A stretch of 8,524 nt of DNA, from NCBI GenBank assembly GCA_001192655.1, contig BBVC01000111.1, positions 1 through 8,524 of the forward strand. The letters are read 5' to 3'. A program made the position numbers and the translations under genes. The DNA comes from Caedimonas varicaedens. Its GTDB lineage: Bacteria; Pseudomonadota; Alphaproteobacteria; Caedimonadales; Caedimonadaceae. Shown here one piece after another: positions 6,872-8,524 of the stretch; the stretch's first letter is position 1, and each line of letters starts with the position of its first letter. The notes below the pieces were generated by a model, which saw only the letters and a list, made by a program, of their open reading frames with translations, did not search any database and was not told the origin of the DNA.

Positions 6872-8269
6872 TCAAAGCAGACAACAATCTCTTTTCCTCC
6901 AGATCAGGTATCCAAAATCCGATCCCTTGTAGGGAAACTCTTTGCCCGCTCCCCAGAAGATTTCCGTATGTCCCAAAGGATGGCAATTCTTCGTGTTGGA
7001 AACGGGATAGGTCATCTGGGTGCGATATTGGGACTTGCAGATAAAGGGCATGAAGTATTTGCCGCACAACCCCGCTTCTCCCATATAGCCCCACAAGAGG
7101 CCTTCTCGGTGAAGACGGGCAATCATCTTTTGGACGATGAGCAAACTGGCCTGCACGCCTCCCGTATGATGATCTACCGTTCCCGTAAAAGGATACAAAC
7201 TCCCCTGACAGCCTCCGCACCAGAACAGGGGATCCAGGGGAAGATTGGCGGTAGCGGCGATGCAATCGGCGGCACAGGCCGCCTGGGCAATGACGTTGCC
7301 AAACAAAAGCGCTTCAGGATTCAAAATGCTGTTCTTTTCATCATCGTTCCACAGGGGATCCAGTTCGGTGACATAGGCCAGATCAATGGACAGGGTTTCC
7401 AGACACACAAAGTCGATCAGAAGCTCCAGCCAGTACACAACGGGATAAGTATACCAATGCACCTGATAAAAGCTTTTCTTCGTGACCGTGTCGGGGTCTT
7501 CTTCAATATCGCCCCATCCCCGTGTGCCGGTCTTCGCCACAGAAATTCCGCCCATGTTCACCAGGCAGTAAGGTGTCCTTGTGACATCCACGAGCCGTGC
7601 AGGTTCCCAAAACGACACGGGAATCCCCACGCGGGGAATGGGCTTGCCACACGTGCAGAGGAGCTTGTTCACGCTTTCAGGATCAGCCCCGCCTTTAGCG
7701 ATGGTGAAACCCGCAATTTTGATGGGAAAAAGGCATTTCCAGCAGATATCCGTCACAGGGTTGACAAACCTTCCCACGCATTTGGCGTGAAGGGGTTGGA
7801 AAACCAAGAGGGAAAAAGCCAGAAAAAGACACCCGAACACCTTCGTAGAAATCGCTCTTTTCGGTAAGAAAAATTTCTGCCATGCTCTAAAAAACTTTTT
7901 TGCAAGGGTGCGTTGCAGGAAAAACCGTATGAAAAACAAAATATGGCTATGGATCGTCTCTGTTTTTTTCTCAATCAGCAGCAAAGCGGAAAATTCCTCT
8001 TTTGCGCCTTTCATCAAACCTAAAGGCGACCCCTTCGAAGATCTTCTTTTACTCTTGCTCAAGCTTCTTGCCGTTGTTTGTGTCATCGCCTTCATAGGCA
8101 GATGCATTTTTGGCACCGTCAATGCATTCAAAAATATGAAGGGAGACTCTTCCTTCCTTTTTGAAATACTGGAATTCTCGAGTAAAAAGGTCTTTAACTT
8201 TTCCTTTATGTGTTGTCTGCTGATGGGGGCAGTATTGTGGATGCAAAAAGTACCCATACGGTGATTCAT
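6872..8269 (-). CDS. traU: F-type pilus assembly protein TraU; conserved core is 6872 to about 7840, and the upstream 143 codons are an uncertain leader
   Basis: Near-colinear match to F TraU (from memory): GRFVNPVTDICWKCLFPI vs GRFVNPITDICWSCIFPL; FYQVHWYTYP vs FYHVHWYKYP; ILNPEA; FWCGGCQGSLYPFTG vs FWCAGSQGSMYPFNG; GYLIWRKRDCC vs GYLMWRKRNCV. The signal-like segment KVFGCLFLAFSLLVFQPLHA|KCVGRF has no ATG before it. The frame is open up to a TTG at 8335. The first ATG (8269) forms an ATGA overlap with the upstream ORF stop but lacks a properly spaced SD. Alternative starts are ATG 8257, ATG 8014 and GTG 7840 (322 aa, canonical size, no SD). Confidence 0.88.
   Translation of the reverse strand: MNHRMGTFCIHNTAPISRQHIKEKLKTFLLENSSISKRKEESPFIFLNALTVPKMHLPMKAMTQTTARSLSKSKRRSSKGSPLGLMKGAKEEFSALLLIEKKTETIHSHILFFIRFFLQRTLAKKFFRAWQKFFLPKRAISTKVFGCLFLAFSLLVFQPLHAKCVGRFVNPVTDICWKCLFPIKIAGFTIAKGGADPESVNKLLCTCGKPIPRVGIPVSFWEPARLVDVTRTPYCLVNMGGISVAKTGTRGWGDIEEDPDTVTKKSFYQVHWYTYPVVYWLELLIDFVCLETLSIDLAYVTELDPLWNDDEKNSILNPEALLFGNVIAQAACAADCIAATANLPLDPLFWCGGCQGSLYPFTGTVDHHTGGVQASLLIVQKMIARLHREGLLWGYMGEAGLCGKYFMPFICKSQYRTQMTYPVSNTKNCHPLGHTEIFWGAGKEFPYKGSDFGYLIWRKRDCCLL
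7929..8264 (+). CDS. Alternative model: small membrane protein (111 aa; signal peptide plus two hydrophobic segments), antisense to the traU leader
   Basis: ATG at 7929 with AGGA 8 nt upstream (7917-7920). MKNKIWLWIVSVFFSISSKA|ENSS looks like a canonical n-h-c signal peptide. It is followed by LLLLLLKLLAVVCVIAFIGRCIFG, a charged loop, then FSFMCCLLMGAVLWM. This ORF is mutually exclusive with translation of the traU leader. Third codon positions of the two frames coincide, which is the arrangement most prone to shadow ORFs. It lies antisense inside a unidirectional operon, and its stop (8262-8264) is 1 nt from the stop of a convergent minus-strand ORF. Confidence 0.3.
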   Translation: MKNKIWLWIVSVFFSISSKAENSSFAPFIKPKGDPFEDLLLLLLKLLAVVCVIAFIGRCIFGTVNAFKNMKGDSSFLFEILEFSSKKVFNFSFMCCLLMGAVLWMQKVPIR

Positions 8270-8523
8270 CCTTTCAGGTAAAACAAACAAAGAGGGAACA
8301 AGAGAACGAACAGTCCAAGTGTAAAAACACCCCAATGAAAAAGAAGATCAATCACAGCCATGGTCTTGTACCCTCCGCATCCCCTGCAAAACGCTTTATA
8401 AAGCGCCTGGTGAAATAGCTTAAAATCTTTTAGAAAGGATCGCGTCCCGGATTCTGGATGTTCACGTGTCAGGACAACAGGAGAAGAGTCCCACGACTCC
8501 CGTGAAAGAGGCGACAAGCGCAA
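8266..8523 (-). CDS. Hypothetical ORF ending in a hydrophobic helix; either the 3' end of a gene running off the right edge or a 31-aa membrane peptide starting at 8361
   Basis: The frame is open from the window edge to a TGA at 8266-8268. An internal ATG at 8361 is preceded by GGAGGG plus 9 nt and encodes MAVIDLLFHWGVFTLGLFVLLFPLCLFYLKG, a single TM-like helix. I recognise no similarity to TraW, which precedes traU in F. A second minus frame is also open at the edge and stops at 8462-8464 (..LALVASFTGVVGLFSCCPDT*). The true upstream gene end is therefore ambiguous. Confidence 0.4.
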   Translation of the reverse strand: MRLSPLSRESWDSSPVVLTREHPESGTRSFLKDFKLFHQALYKAFCRGCGGYKTMAVIDLLFHWGVFTLGLFVLLFPLCLFYLKG

Positions 8524-8524
8524 G

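Noticed and set aside
6014-6880. Possible direct repeats flanking the AT-rich segment (TCAATTTGATAAGC near 6022-6035 versus TCAATGGTTTATCAAAGC near 6861-6878), as insertion-site duplications.
   Set aside because: The match needs several gaps and rests on short AT-rich words. No transposase, integrase or terminal inverted repeats accompany it.
8392-8405. Perfect 14-bp palindrome CGCTTTATAAAGCG, a possible operator overlapping a TATAAA box.
   Set aside because: A perfect 14-bp palindrome is expected about once per 4^7 = 16384 positions, or roughly 0.5 times in a window this size by chance. It may also lie within coding sequence (..HQALYKAFC..). It is mentioned only as context for a possible promoter.
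7841-8524. A decayed traW pseudogene filling the space upstream of traU.
   Set aside because: I recognise no TraW-like blocks in any of the three minus frames. The region does not show the scattered stops and frameshifts expected of a pseudogene in the relevant frame.
1-8524. An alternative genetic code (TGA read-through) as an explanation for the odd gene lengths.
   Set aside because: TGA, TAA and TAG all terminate conserved genes at positions that match F homologue C-termini. The ATGA junctions involve a frame change, so read-through would not create the observed extensions. The extensions lie upstream of starts, not downstream of stops.
1-8524. CRISPR arrays, tRNA/rRNA genes, IS elements, an oriT/nic region, and toxin-antitoxin pairs.
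   Set aside because: By eye I found no spaced direct repeats, no cloverleaf-capable segment in the only noncoding gap, and no transposase, relaxase or small paired ORFs. oriT in F-type elements normally lies outside this part of the operon.

Overview
The window is a single minus-strand block of an F-type (MPF-F) type IV secretion / conjugative transfer operon. Read right to left: small membrane ORF (runs to the right edge), traU, a secreted protein of unknown function, an AT-rich gap of about 430 nt, trbC, an SLT-type lytic transglycosylase, traN, traF, traH, and the 5' end of traG (runs off the left edge). I made these calls by recognising conserved F-plasmid Tra protein blocks from memory in the supplied translations; no search was run. 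Most genes are joined by ATGA start/stop overlaps or short overlaps with well-spaced Shine-Dalgarno sequences. The long plus-strand ORFs are therefore antisense shadows. I saw no rRNA, tRNA, CRISPR array, transposase or integrase. The host cannot be identified from this window, but it is presumably a diderm, since the cluster includes periplasmic Tra proteins and a TraN-type outer-membrane protein. Five things stand out. (1) TraU, TraF and TraH are signal-peptide-led periplasmic proteins in F, but here each has a long open in-frame leader reaching back to the junction with the preceding gene. (2) The TraU leader competes with a well-formed antisense membrane-protein ORF and contains an in-frame A_AAA_AAG slippery heptamer. 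(3) An AT-rich accessory segment, holding a secreted protein with LTxxQ-like motifs, interrupts the usual traU-trbC adjacency. (4) TraF carries an intact CXXC motif. (5) No traW is visible upstream of traU. Start codons for traU, traF and traH are uncertain.
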